A stretch of DNA of 64,000 nt. Origin: Deltaproteobacteria bacterium (GTDB taxonomy: Bacteria > Myxococcota_A > Bradymonadia > REDH01). Position 1 is the stretch's first letter. Each line of letters begins with the position of its first letter. The stretch lies in NCBI GenBank assembly GCA_007693585.1, contig REDH01000075.1, positions 9,066 through 73,065 of the forward strand, read 5' to 3'. The position numbers and the translations under genes are program-made. This document shows, piece by piece, positions 32,884 through 41,463 of this stretch. The notes under the pieces were generated by a model that saw only the letters and a list, made by a program, of their open reading frames with translations, had not been told where the DNA came from and did no database searches.

Positions 32884-33456
32884 ATGGCTAGTCTACGTAT
32901 CTTCGTTACGGGTTCTTGGGCCGCGCTCATGCTGATTGTGCTTTGCTCGGTGGCGTTTGCCGTCGAGGAAGAACCCGAGCAACTCTCGGACGAGGCGGTC
33001 GATGCGTTGATGGAGGAGGCCGCCGAGCTCCTCGCTGGAATCAACAGTGACGTGGAGCGGGTCGTGGCGATCGAGGGCGAAGTGCGAGGCAGCGACCCCG
33101 ATCTTGCGGATTCGTGTGTTGCTCCGGTTCTGACCACCATCCGGGCCATCGGAAGAAGCGCCCAGCAGCAAGTCGAGGCGATGTCGGGCCTGGTGCAGGA
33201 CGGCCGTTCAGACCAGCTGAGCAGGGAGATGAGCTCCCTGAGCCGGCTCGCTGCGCAGGCCGCAGGAAGCAGGCAGGAGGCGGAGCGCTGTCTCGGTGAA
33301 GCCGAGGGAGTGAGTGATCCCGTGGACGGACAGACAAGGTCCGCCGAAATCGACGAACCCCTTGATGGAGCGGATCTCGACATGGAGTTCGATGCCGTGG
33401 TTGACGACGACGTGGTTGTCGATGATCGTACGCCGGAAGCAACTCCCTTCTTCTGA
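32884..33456 (+). CDS. Exported helical hypothetical protein with a Cys pair
   Basis: AGGAG SD; signal peptide (AFA-VE); DSCV...EAERCLGE; acidic tail ending ATPFF; stop 1 nt before the beta-barrel gene. Confidence 0.75.
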   Translation: MASLRIFVTGSWAALMLIVLCSVAFAVEEEPEQLSDEAVDALMEEAAELLAGINSDVERVVAIEGEVRGSDPDLADSCVAPVLTTIRAIGRSAQQQVEAMSGLVQDGRSDQLSREMSSLSRLAAQAAGSRQEAERCLGEAEGVSDPVDGQTRSAEIDEPLDGADLDMEFDAVVDDDVVVDDRTPEATPFF

Positions 33457-33457
33457 G

Positions 33458-34768
33458 ATGTCCATGATGCGTTCGTTCATGTCCACCAATCGCCGGAACC
33501 CGTCGTGTGCCTTGTCGGCACTCGCGGTGAGCGTTCTGATGGTGTCGACCTTTGCGGGAACCTCAGAGGTGGCGGCGCAGGACGGCGTGTCAGTCGGTGA
33601 GCTGCGCCTTGGCGCCGGACTCGGCGCGGGTGCAGGGTACAACAGCAATCTGTTCCTCGCCGCCGATAACAATCCCGATGGACAGGTATCGTCGGTCAGC
33701 GCCTTCGTGGAGCCACGGATCGGCCTGTCGACCATCGAGCCGAGAAGCTACGACTTCGATCTCGAACTGTCGGCCGAATGGATGCAGTACATCAGCGAAG
33801 AAGAAGGCGAGCGGGAGCAGAGTGGACTATCATTGACGGGACACACGGGTCTGCGACTCAATCCGATTGGGGATGTCAGCGCTGCGGCATCCTTCCGGGT
33901 AAGGCGAACGAACGACCCCGCCTATTCGGTCGACGGTTCACCGCTGCGGAACTGGCGTTTGGCACCCGGCGTGGAGGTCGGTTTCCATCCCGGTGGAATC
34001 GGGGAGTCGCGCCTCGGATTCAGCGGTTACCTGCGTGGCACGTATCGAGTCGCCCGGTTCGAAGAGCGGTCGCAGCTCGATCGAAACACCCCAGGAGTCA
34101 GTGCGCGGCTTCAGTACAATTTCCTCCCGCGAACGGCCCTCTACGTCACCGGCGGTCTGGCGCGAACGATGTACGTGGATGAGCGCGATGAGGAAGGAGG
34201 AGCGGGGGAGGATGCCCGGAGTGCCGCGCGTTCGGACTCGACGTCGCTGAACGGTGTTCTCGGTTTCACAACAGCCTGGACGCGGTTTCTTGGAACACGT
34301 ACGGCTGTAGGTTACGCAAGTATCAATCACGATGTGGGCCCCAGTGCGGCAGCGTTGACAGCCGAGGCATCGGTGATGCTGCAGCCTGTGTCCTCCCTTC
34401 GGCTGACCGCTGGATGGCGGCGAGGGCTCGAGGATTCTCCCGTGGCGAATGCGCTCCGGTATGATGGGATTCGGCTCGAGGGAAGCTACCGGTGGAACAT
34501 CGTCGAGCTCGAGGCGTATACGGGTCTTCGCTTCGTGAGACTCGATTCGTTCGTGTCCGGAGATGGAGAACTCGAGGATCGGACGGATCGATTGCTGGAC
34601 GCCGGTTCGTCGCTGCGGGTGGCGGTGGCTCGAAACGTCGGGATCGGTGTGCGCTACCGGCTGCGAAGCAGTCTGGATGAAGCGGAAGAGTTCGAGGAGG
34701 GTGTCAGTGCGCTGCCCCGCGGCTATGTGCAGCATCTGGTCTCGGGTGGAGTGGATGTCCGGTTCTAG
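33458..34768 (+). CDS. Outer-membrane beta-barrel, probable polysaccharide-export porin (EpsX/ExoB/Wzp-like)
   Basis: Signal peptide; GAGYNSNLF; alternating amphipathic strands; C-terminal GVDVRF beta-signal; directly upstream of a short OPX. Confidence 0.78.
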   Translation: MSMMRSFMSTNRRNPSCALSALAVSVLMVSTFAGTSEVAAQDGVSVGELRLGAGLGAGAGYNSNLFLAADNNPDGQVSSVSAFVEPRIGLSTIEPRSYDFDLELSAEWMQYISEEEGEREQSGLSLTGHTGLRLNPIGDVSAAASFRVRRTNDPAYSVDGSPLRNWRLAPGVEVGFHPGGIGESRLGFSGYLRGTYRVARFEERSQLDRNTPGVSARLQYNFLPRTALYVTGGLARTMYVDERDEEGGAGEDARSAARSDSTSLNGVLGFTTAWTRFLGTRTAVGYASINHDVGPSAAALTAEASVMLQPVSSLRLTAGWRRGLEDSPVANALRYDGIRLEGSYRWNIVELEAYTGLRFVRLDSFVSGDGELEDRTDRLLDAGSSLRVAVARNVGIGVRYRLRSSLDEAEEFEEGVSALPRGYVQHLVSGGVDVRF

Positions 34769-34808
34769 CCAACGGACGTCTCCGCGAGCACAGTCGAAAG
34801 GAGGAGCG

Positions 34809-35435
34809 GTTGCGCTACGGAAGCAGCGCGCGCTGCTGGTCCTGTTGGTTCTGTGCGTCGTGGGATTCGCGTCTGCATGCGGTACGCGGATCAGTTCCGA
34901 CTATCTCGCGCACTCGCTGGATTCGTTTCAAGGCGAGTTCTCGACTGCATTGGGTCCGGGTGATCGGTTCGAAGTCCGGGTGTTCAGGGAAGAGGAACTC
35001 TCTGGGGAGTACTCCGTTTCATCCCGTGGGATAGTCGGCTTCCCGCTTGTCGGTTCGTTTGAGGTTGCGGGCCTGAGCTGTGAAGACGTGGAAGAGATTC
35101 TGGTGGAGCGCCTGGGTGATGGGTTGATTCATGAACCATCGGTACAGTGCAGGATCGTCGAGCAGAGATCCCTGCAGGTTCTGGTCGTCGGTTCTGTGAG
35201 TTCACCGAGGAGCATTCCCTACTCGGATTCGCTCACGATTGTGGAAGCGATTGCGTTGGCGGGGGGACTGTCGCAGAATGCGTCCGAGGACCGTGCCATT
35301 GTCACGCGGCGTGTGGACGGAGAGATGGTGGAGATTGAGGTGCCGCTTCGGCTGGTCATGAGTGGACGGGCTCCCAACCTGCGGCTCTGGCCGAACGACC
35401 TTGTGTTCGTGCCGGCTTACCGGTTTCTGCAGTAG
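34809..35435 (+). CDS. wza: Short OPX (Wza-family) polysaccharide export lipoprotein, Poly_export plus SLBB
   Basis: Lipobox ASAC; LGPGDRFEVRVF, GIVGFPLVG..VAGL, AIALAGGL, LWPNDLVFVP. About 208 aa with no C-terminal OM helix. Start codon uncertain (see findings). Confidence 0.9.
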   Translation, partial: VALRKQRALLVLLVLCVVGFASACGTRISSDYLAHSLDSFQGEFSTALGPGDRFEVRVFREEELSGEYSVSSRGIVGFPLVGSFEVAGLSCEDVEEILVERLGDGLIHEPSVQCRIVEQRSLQVLVVGSVSSPRSIPYSDSLTIVEAIALAGGLSQNASEDRAIVTRRVDGEMVEIEVPLRLVMSGRAPNLRLWPNDLVFVPAYRFLQ

Positions 35436-35485
35436 AACGCTCACGGTGTGGGTGGCCACGGTCCACCGGAAAGGAACAGGGAGCC

Positions 35486-37729
35486 ATGGAAGCTGGGGAG
35501 CGTCGAGAGTCTAGTGCGGGGGACCGGAACGCCGATGGTTCGGTGGCGGCGGTCCAGTTCTGGATCGGCCTTCTGTGGAGACACGCCTGGGCCATGCTCG
35601 CGGTGTTCGTGGTCGTGTCTGCCGGAGGGTACTGGTACACCATGCAACAGCCGAATGTCTATCAGGCTTCGGCAACGGTACTTGTGTCGCCCGAAGGCGA
35701 TCAGGTTCGCGCGCTGAGTCCTTTCGGAGATGGAGCGGCTCCACAGGGGAGCAGCTTCATGGCCAACAGGATCCAGTTCGCCATGCAGGAGCATCTGCTG
35801 CGGAGTCCCGAGCTTCTGGACGAGGTCGCCGAGAGGCTATCGTTGCGGAGTAGCCCATCATTCCTCGGTCTCTTCGGTGACGAAGCCACACCAGACGCGA
35901 TTGTGGAACGATCGGCAGTTGCAAATCCGGCGATCATGCTCCGCGGAATGCTGCGCGTGAACGCGGATGATGAGCGAAGAGTGGTGCAGATTACGATGTC
36001 CTCCCGGGATCCTGTTCTGGCCGCGGACGTGGTGAACGCTGTGGCGGAGGCTCACGTGGAGAGGAACCTCCTGCGCCAGCTCGAGGCCACGGATCAGGCG
36101 CTGGACTGGTTGATGGAGCAGAGCGCAAGCCTTCGCTCCTCATTGGAGAACGCCGAGCTTGCGCAGTTGGACTATCTGCGTGACCAGGGAACGCTTTCGG
36201 TCGCGCTCGACGATAGGCGGAACCTGAGCGTGCGCGCCGTGGAGGAGTTGAGCACTCAGCTGGCGAACGCAAGACTGGAGGTGGACAGGCTGGGTTCGGT
36301 CGTGCGGCAGATTCGCACGTACGACTCACTGGATGATCTGCTTGCGGCGAATATTCCGGAAATACTGGATAACAGCATGATTCAGTCCTTCAAGGGTCAA
36401 CTGGTGGCTCTGGACGAGAGGGACCTGGAACTGCGCGAGCGCTACGGTGAGCTGTGGCCTGAGCGACGCGCGGTACTCGCAAGAAGGGAGATGCTGGAGA
36501 ATGTCCTTGAGCGGGAGATCCAGAACGTTCTTCGTTCATACGTCCAGCGTTTCGAGACGGCACAGCTTCTCGAGCGTACGGTGGCCGAGCGGCTGTCCAG
36601 CGCGCAACGGGATGTTTTGCGAAGTGGAGAGAACGAAATTGCATTCAACGCGCTCCGTCGTGAAGCGGAGACGAATCGCGAGCTCTTTGGAGTGATGGAG
36701 CGCCGGCTGAAGGAGATCGAGCTTCACCGCATGTTGCAGCACAACAACCTCAGTGTGCTGGAGTCCGCAGTCGTCCCCGTCGTTCCCGTTCGGCCGCGAA
36801 GGGCAGTGTATTTTCTCGCGACACTGTTGCTTGCGGGTGTTCTGTCCCTTGGAACCGCTCTTGCGCTGGAGTTTCTGGATCAGAGCGTCAAGCCCGATAC
36901 CGACTTCGACCGCGAGTTCGGACTTGGACTCCTCGGAATGTTGCCGGAGATCTCTGCAGGCAAGGGGCGTCGAGGGAGTTCGCGTGGTCCGGCCAAGGGC
37001 CAGGAGTTCAACCCCGACATCTTCGTTCACAGCTTTCCACGTTCCGGAATGGCGGAAGCGTGTCGGTCCATCCGTACCAACCTCTTGTTCATGGACCGTG
37101 AGGACACGCTGAAGCGAATGCTGGTAACGTCCAGCGGACCGCGCGAAGGGAAGACGCTGACATCGGTCAGCCTCGCTACGGTGTTCGCGCAGTCCGGGAA
37201 CCGCACGGTGCTTGTGGATGCGGACATGCGCAAGCCAAGACTCGGAAGGGTGTTCGGGGTCGATGATGCAGGTCGAGGTCTGGTCAATGTGTTGGTGGGA
37301 GAGTGCACGCTTGATGAGGCGCTCGTGGAAACCGAGGTGCCGGGCCTCTTCTTGCTTCCGTGCGGTTCGGTACCTCCGAATCCGGTCGAGATTCTGCACT
37401 CGGTGGCCTTCGGCCGCTTGCAGGACGAGCTGGACGAACGATTCGATCGAGTGCTTTTCGACACGCCTCCTGTCGGTCCGGTGACGGATGCGCGTGTCCT
37501 CTCCGGGAGGGTGGGCGGCGTTGTTCTTGTCGCGCGCGCGTCGCATACGAACAAGGATGCGTTCGCGCGCGCGATCGATGACCTTGACGCAGTCAAGGCC
37601 AATCTCCTCGGCATTGTGCTGAACAGCGTGAACTTCGAGAAGCGGTCAACGGGAGGTGGGTACTACCGGTACTACTATCAGCAGTACAACCAGTACTATG
37701 GGGATGCGGAGGAGTCAGCGAGCAGCTAG
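35486..37729 (+). CDS. wzc: Polysaccharide co-polymerase with fused BY-kinase (PCP-2a)
   Basis: Two TMs flank a coiled-coil periplasmic domain. EACRSIRTN, Walker A GPREGKT, A' LVDADMRKP, B LFDTPP, Tyr cluster YYRYYYQQYNQYY. Confidence 0.95.
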   Translation: MEAGERRESSAGDRNADGSVAAVQFWIGLLWRHAWAMLAVFVVVSAGGYWYTMQQPNVYQASATVLVSPEGDQVRALSPFGDGAAPQGSSFMANRIQFAMQEHLLRSPELLDEVAERLSLRSSPSFLGLFGDEATPDAIVERSAVANPAIMLRGMLRVNADDERRVVQITMSSRDPVLAADVVNAVAEAHVERNLLRQLEATDQALDWLMEQSASLRSSLENAELAQLDYLRDQGTLSVALDDRRNLSVRAVEELSTQLANARLEVDRLGSVVRQIRTYDSLDDLLAANIPEILDNSMIQSFKGQLVALDERDLELRERYGELWPERRAVLARREMLENVLEREIQNVLRSYVQRFETAQLLERTVAERLSSAQRDVLRSGENEIAFNALRREAETNRELFGVMERRLKEIELHRMLQHNNLSVLESAVVPVVPVRPRRAVYFLATLLLAGVLSLGTALALEFLDQSVKPDTDFDREFGLGLLGMLPEISAGKGRRGSSRGPAKGQEFNPDIFVHSFPRSGMAEACRSIRTNLLFMDREDTLKRMLVTSSGPREGKTLTSVSLATVFAQSGNRTVLVDADMRKPRLGRVFGVDDAGRGLVNVLVGECTLDEALVETEVPGLFLLPCGSVPPNPVEILHSVAFGRLQDELDERFDRVLFDTPPVGPVTDARVLSGRVGGVVLVARASHTNKDAFARAIDDLDAVKANLLGIVLNSVNFEKRSTGGGYYRYYYQQYNQYYGDAEESASS

Positions 37730-37845
37730 TTGTTTCCCGGGTGCACGATGGACCGATCCGTCCCCGTTCGACGGTGGCAACGACGCCGCTCGAACGTCAG
37801 GGGGTTCGGAAGAGGAGGGGGGCTGGTGAAGGGCGAGGCGACGCT

Positions 37846-38817
37846 TTACACGGTTGCCTGGGAGCGTTCGTGATACGCTGCGGCACGTGCACGATCATCC
37901 GCGACTTGTTCAAGAAGGGCGTCGGTGGAGGGGAAACGTCGTTCCTCGCGGATGCGCGAGAGAAAGCTGACGTCTATCCGAACGCCCGGTTGTACATCTG
38001 GTGCCATGGGGCCCAGACACATGGTTTCCACGCTGATGCCGCTGTCGACTTCGAAGGTGGGTCGGTAGCCTACGTTCGTGACGGCGCCTGCATGGAACCC
38101 GGTTGCAGGTACGCGCAGGGTGGTCACGTAGACTCCAGGAGGAGGAAGCAGGCGACCTTGTGGATAGAGGTTGATGGTCGGAATTCCGATACCAGTTCCA
38201 CGTCCTGCGCCCGGTGTTCTTGGGCCGGACAGCGACCAGGGTTGACCGAGCAGTCGGTTCACTTCCTCACAATCTCCGCGTCGAAGAGCGGACCGAATCC
38301 GGGTTGATGACACGGGAGCGCCATCATCGATGACTGCGGGATGAACCGTTGCCGTCAGTTCGCCGTGCTTCGCATAGTCAAGCAGGGTGGCGGTGCTTCC
38401 CGAGCGGCGGTGACCGAAGTTGAAGTCGTAGCCGACATGGATGCTCTCGGCCCGCAGGGTGCGGACAAGGAGTGCATCCAGAAAGTCGAGAGGGGAGATG
38501 GCTGCGAAGTCCCGACTGAAGGGTACGGTCCAAACCTCACTCAAGCCAGCGTCCAGGAGGGCCTGTCTTCGTTCGTCTGCGGTGGCAAGCCGGAACTCCT
38601 TCGGCGCCTTCTCGGCGAAGATCTCCACCGGGTGTGGCTCGAAGGTCATCGCCAATGCGGGCAGTTCACGATGCTCGGCGTCTTCGACCGTCGAGCGCAG
38701 AATCGCTCGATGACCGCGGTGGAGTCCGTCGAAGTTCCCAATGGTCCAGACCGCGCCCTGGTGCACCAGTTCACGAACGTGTGAGGGGGGAACGACTGGA
38801 AGAGCCGGAAAGATCAT
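37846..38817 (-). CDS. ribF: Bifunctional riboflavin kinase / FAD synthetase
   Basis: IGNFDGLHRGH, VGYDFNFG, VSSTRIR, GIPTIN, NVGYRPTF, IREERRF. Confidence 0.95.
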   Translation of the reverse strand: MIFPALPVVPPSHVRELVHQGAVWTIGNFDGLHRGHRAILRSTVEDAEHRELPALAMTFEPHPVEIFAEKAPKEFRLATADERRQALLDAGLSEVWTVPFSRDFAAISPLDFLDALLVRTLRAESIHVGYDFNFGHRRSGSTATLLDYAKHGELTATVHPAVIDDGAPVSSTRIRSALRRGDCEEVNRLLGQPWSLSGPRTPGAGRGTGIGIPTINLYPQGRLLPPPGVYVTTLRVPATGFHAGAVTNVGYRPTFEVDSGISVETMCLGPMAPDVQPGVRIDVSFLSRIREERRFPSTDALLEQVADDRARAAAYHERSQATV

Positions 38818-38867
38818 GGCATCAGTTGCAGGCGCAGGTACGGGTTTGTCCCGGGTGAAGGAGTAAC

Positions 38868-39839
38868 ATGGACACGAAGCGAGAACCAGTCATGCCCGGG
38901 CAGACGTTCGGAGCGGAACTGGTGCTTCTGGGGCGACCCGTTGCCCACTCGGTGTCGCCGGCCTTCCAGACTGCAGGGTTGCGCGCCTGCGATCTCGGGT
39001 GGCGCTACCGTGCCGTGCTGGCGGACGAGGCCACAGTGGAACGTGCCTTCGCTGCCATGGAGTCGGATGACCTCGTGGGAGCGAACGTCACCCTTCCATG
39101 GAAGGGACTCGCGGCCCGAGGTCGGTTCGCCCCGAGTGACTCGGTCGTCCGGACCGGGGCAGCAAATACGCTCTGGCGGGACGGGCAGGGAGCTTGTCGT
39201 ACCGCCAACACGGATGTGTACGGCGTGCGTGCATCCCTTCACGCTCTCGGCATTCGGGAAGGTGATCCGGTGGAGGCGGTCGTCCTCGGCGGTGGCGGTG
39301 CTGCTGCGGCTGCCATTTCCTGTTGCCGAGGATATCGGCTCCCGGTTCGAGTCGTGGTGAGACGGCCCAGAGCGGTGACTGCCATCCTGGCACAGGACCT
39401 TGTCGAGGAGGTAGACGTGCGGTGCTGGGATGCGAGCGCTCTGGACGACTTGAGGGGTTCGCTCCTCGTGATCGACGCCACTTCACTGGCGCATCAGGAT
39501 CCGCGAGTGGCCTCTCGGGCGTACCGCGTGCTCGGCCTCGCGAAACCGATGGCCGACAGCCGTTGGCTGAGCCTGAGCTACAGCCGCGAACGCCTGTCCT
39601 TCGAGAAGCTGGCCCTGCAGGCAGGCGCACCATGCCTTGATGGTCGGGTGATGCTTCTTCATCAAGGGGCGGTGTCCTTCGAGTTGTGGACCGGCCTTGA
39701 AGCGCCACTGCAGGTGATGGCGAGCGCTCTCGACTCGGCCACGAACGCCATTGCCAGCGGTCGGATGCCCACCGAACCGATCCATGAGGCCGTCCGTGCA
39801 GGCGTGGAGGCGGAACGTTTCCTCGCACGGGGGAGCTGA
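38868..39839 (+). CDS. aroE: Shikimate dehydrogenase (divergent)
   Basis: GRPVAHSVSP, GANVTLPWK, GAANTL, NTDVYG, GGGGAA, MLLHQGAVSFELWTG. Confidence 0.88.
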   Translation: MDTKREPVMPGQTFGAELVLLGRPVAHSVSPAFQTAGLRACDLGWRYRAVLADEATVERAFAAMESDDLVGANVTLPWKGLAARGRFAPSDSVVRTGAANTLWRDGQGACRTANTDVYGVRASLHALGIREGDPVEAVVLGGGGAAAAAISCCRGYRLPVRVVVRRPRAVTAILAQDLVEEVDVRCWDASALDDLRGSLLVIDATSLAHQDPRVASRAYRVLGLAKPMADSRWLSLSYSRERLSFEKLALQAGAPCLDGRVMLLHQGAVSFELWTGLEAPLQVMASALDSATNAIASGRMPTEPIHEAVRAGVEAERFLARGS

Positions 39840-39849
39840 GCGCCTCCGC

Positions 39850-41463
39850 TCAGCGCAGGATACCGCGAATTCCTGCGGACAGGATGGCATCGACGAGCAC
39901 AGTCCGGCTCTGCATCGTCCATGGATAGGCAAGCCCTCCCTGCACTTCGAGGAAGAGTGGCAGGCTGCTCTGCCAACGAAGCGCGACGTGTCCGCCAATT
40001 GCGTGGTGCGTGGTTTGCGCGCCCATCGTGCCAGCGATGGGGTTGGATAGCATGCCCAGTCGCCAGTACTCGACAGCAGCGAAGCCGCTGAGCTGTCGCG
40101 AAGTGATCCCTGCGCGCGAGCCGACGCCTACCCTGGAGAACTGCATTCCGCGTTCGGTGGGTGGACCGTCCTGCGTGGTGAGTGCAAAGTCACGTCGGAC
40201 GTCGACATGAAGTCCGACATGCCGGAAGTGCATGCCCTGCATCAGCCGCAAGGTCATGCCGCGTTCGACCTGTCCGCCGATCTGTCCACTGAAGAGCTGC
40301 GTGCCCGAACCCAGAAGCATGAACACCTCTGTGGTCGAATCGGCGCGAGCCGAGCCGGGCGTGATCAGGACGAGCAGCACGACCGTCCACGCTGCCGATG
40401 GTCGGCTCAGGCGAAGAAGACCGAGAAGCAGGACGAGGCTGAAGAGAAGGGGGAGCGCAGTCAGGGCGCCTCGTGTCGCATGACAGCCTCCAGACCGGTC
40501 ATCCTCCACAAGGCAGTATCCGTCAGATGTGCAGGTTTCCGAGCTGGCACAGTCGGCCACCCCGGTACATTCGAGCGGTGTCGCGATCACGGTGTGCTGG
40601 AAGGTTCCAAGACAGGGCCCGGGAGCGCACGTGACACGAAGCACGAGCCGATCGCCGATTCCCAGCACTTCCGGTCCGGTCGTGCCCGACTGGACACCAC
40701 CGGCTTCCATGTTCAGGTCCAGGCGTTCCAGAGGGCCACTCGTGCCGGCGCATGTTCGCGGCACGCGCCGCCCACGCGCACAGTCCTCATGCACCATGAG
40801 GCGCGTATCCAGTGGTCCGTCGGGAAACGACACGACATGGATTCCCTCCTCGAGAACAAAGCTCCTCGTGGTGCCGCCGACACCGGGGCACGTGGGAGAG
40901 GCACTCCTGGTCGCTTCCGGGACCAACTCCGTACCCGACAGAGTACGGATGGTCACCGCAAGGTCGGCGTCCACATCAGTCACGAGCCAGACGGAATCCC
41001 GTGGAATCTGGAGCCGAAAGGAAGGTTGAAATCCCGGAAGTGGCCTCTCTTCGATGCGCACGAGGAGTGGTGTGCCTACCTCTCGTACAAGGGGAAGGGC
41101 GTTCAGGTCTTCCTCCGTGGGCTCCGCGAAGGAGTGCGGAGCCGGGTTGACGCGCCGCCCCGAGCCGGAACGAAGCAGCGTACACGCCTCATCATCCACG
41201 CGACCACTGGTCTGGGCCTGGACCTCGATCTGGACCCGCGTCTCGGTCCCTTCGGCTTCCTCCAGCGCGACCATCCAGTCCATGGAAAGCCTGCCGATGA
41301 CCGGCTGGGTATACAGGATGCCGGAATCGTCCTGTACTTCGGAAAACTCGAGGGTCTGCAACTCACCGATGTCCTGCACGTCGCATGTGGCACCAAGTGC
41401 CATCACCGCCAGAACAAGGACAGCGCCCTTCAGAGGCGAACGAGGACCGATGGATCGGTTCAT
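39850..41463 (-). CDS. Exported Cys-rich protein with an internal MYXO-CTERM-like motif followed by a second signal peptide and a beta-barrel-like domain
   Basis: Start MNRSIGPRS overlaps the nnr stop (ATGA). N-terminal signal; Cys-rich CTGVADC....C...GYC; SGGC-TM-RLSR; second hydrophobic stretch with ARA-DS; amphipathic strands. Confidence 0.7.
   Translation of the reverse strand: MNRSIGPRSPLKGAVLVLAVMALGATCDVQDIGELQTLEFSEVQDDSGILYTQPVIGRLSMDWMVALEEAEGTETRVQIEVQAQTSGRVDDEACTLLRSGSGRRVNPAPHSFAEPTEEDLNALPLVREVGTPLLVRIEERPLPGFQPSFRLQIPRDSVWLVTDVDADLAVTIRTLSGTELVPEATRSASPTCPGVGGTTRSFVLEEGIHVVSFPDGPLDTRLMVHEDCARGRRVPRTCAGTSGPLERLDLNMEAGGVQSGTTGPEVLGIGDRLVLRVTCAPGPCLGTFQHTVIATPLECTGVADCASSETCTSDGYCLVEDDRSGGCHATRGALTALPLLFSLVLLLGLLRLSRPSAAWTVVLLVLITPGSARADSTTEVFMLLGSGTQLFSGQIGGQVERGMTLRLMQGMHFRHVGLHVDVRRDFALTTQDGPPTERGMQFSRVGVGSRAGITSRQLSGFAAVEYWRLGMLSNPIAGTMGAQTTHHAIGGHVALRWQSSLPLFLEVQGGLAYPWTMQSRTVLVDAILSAGIRGILR

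Noticed and set aside
19863-37729. Central cluster as a mobile genomic island
   Set aside because: It looks somewhat lower in GC, but there is no integrase, transposase, tRNA or flanking direct repeat, and the composition continues into housekeeping genes such as ribF and glmM.
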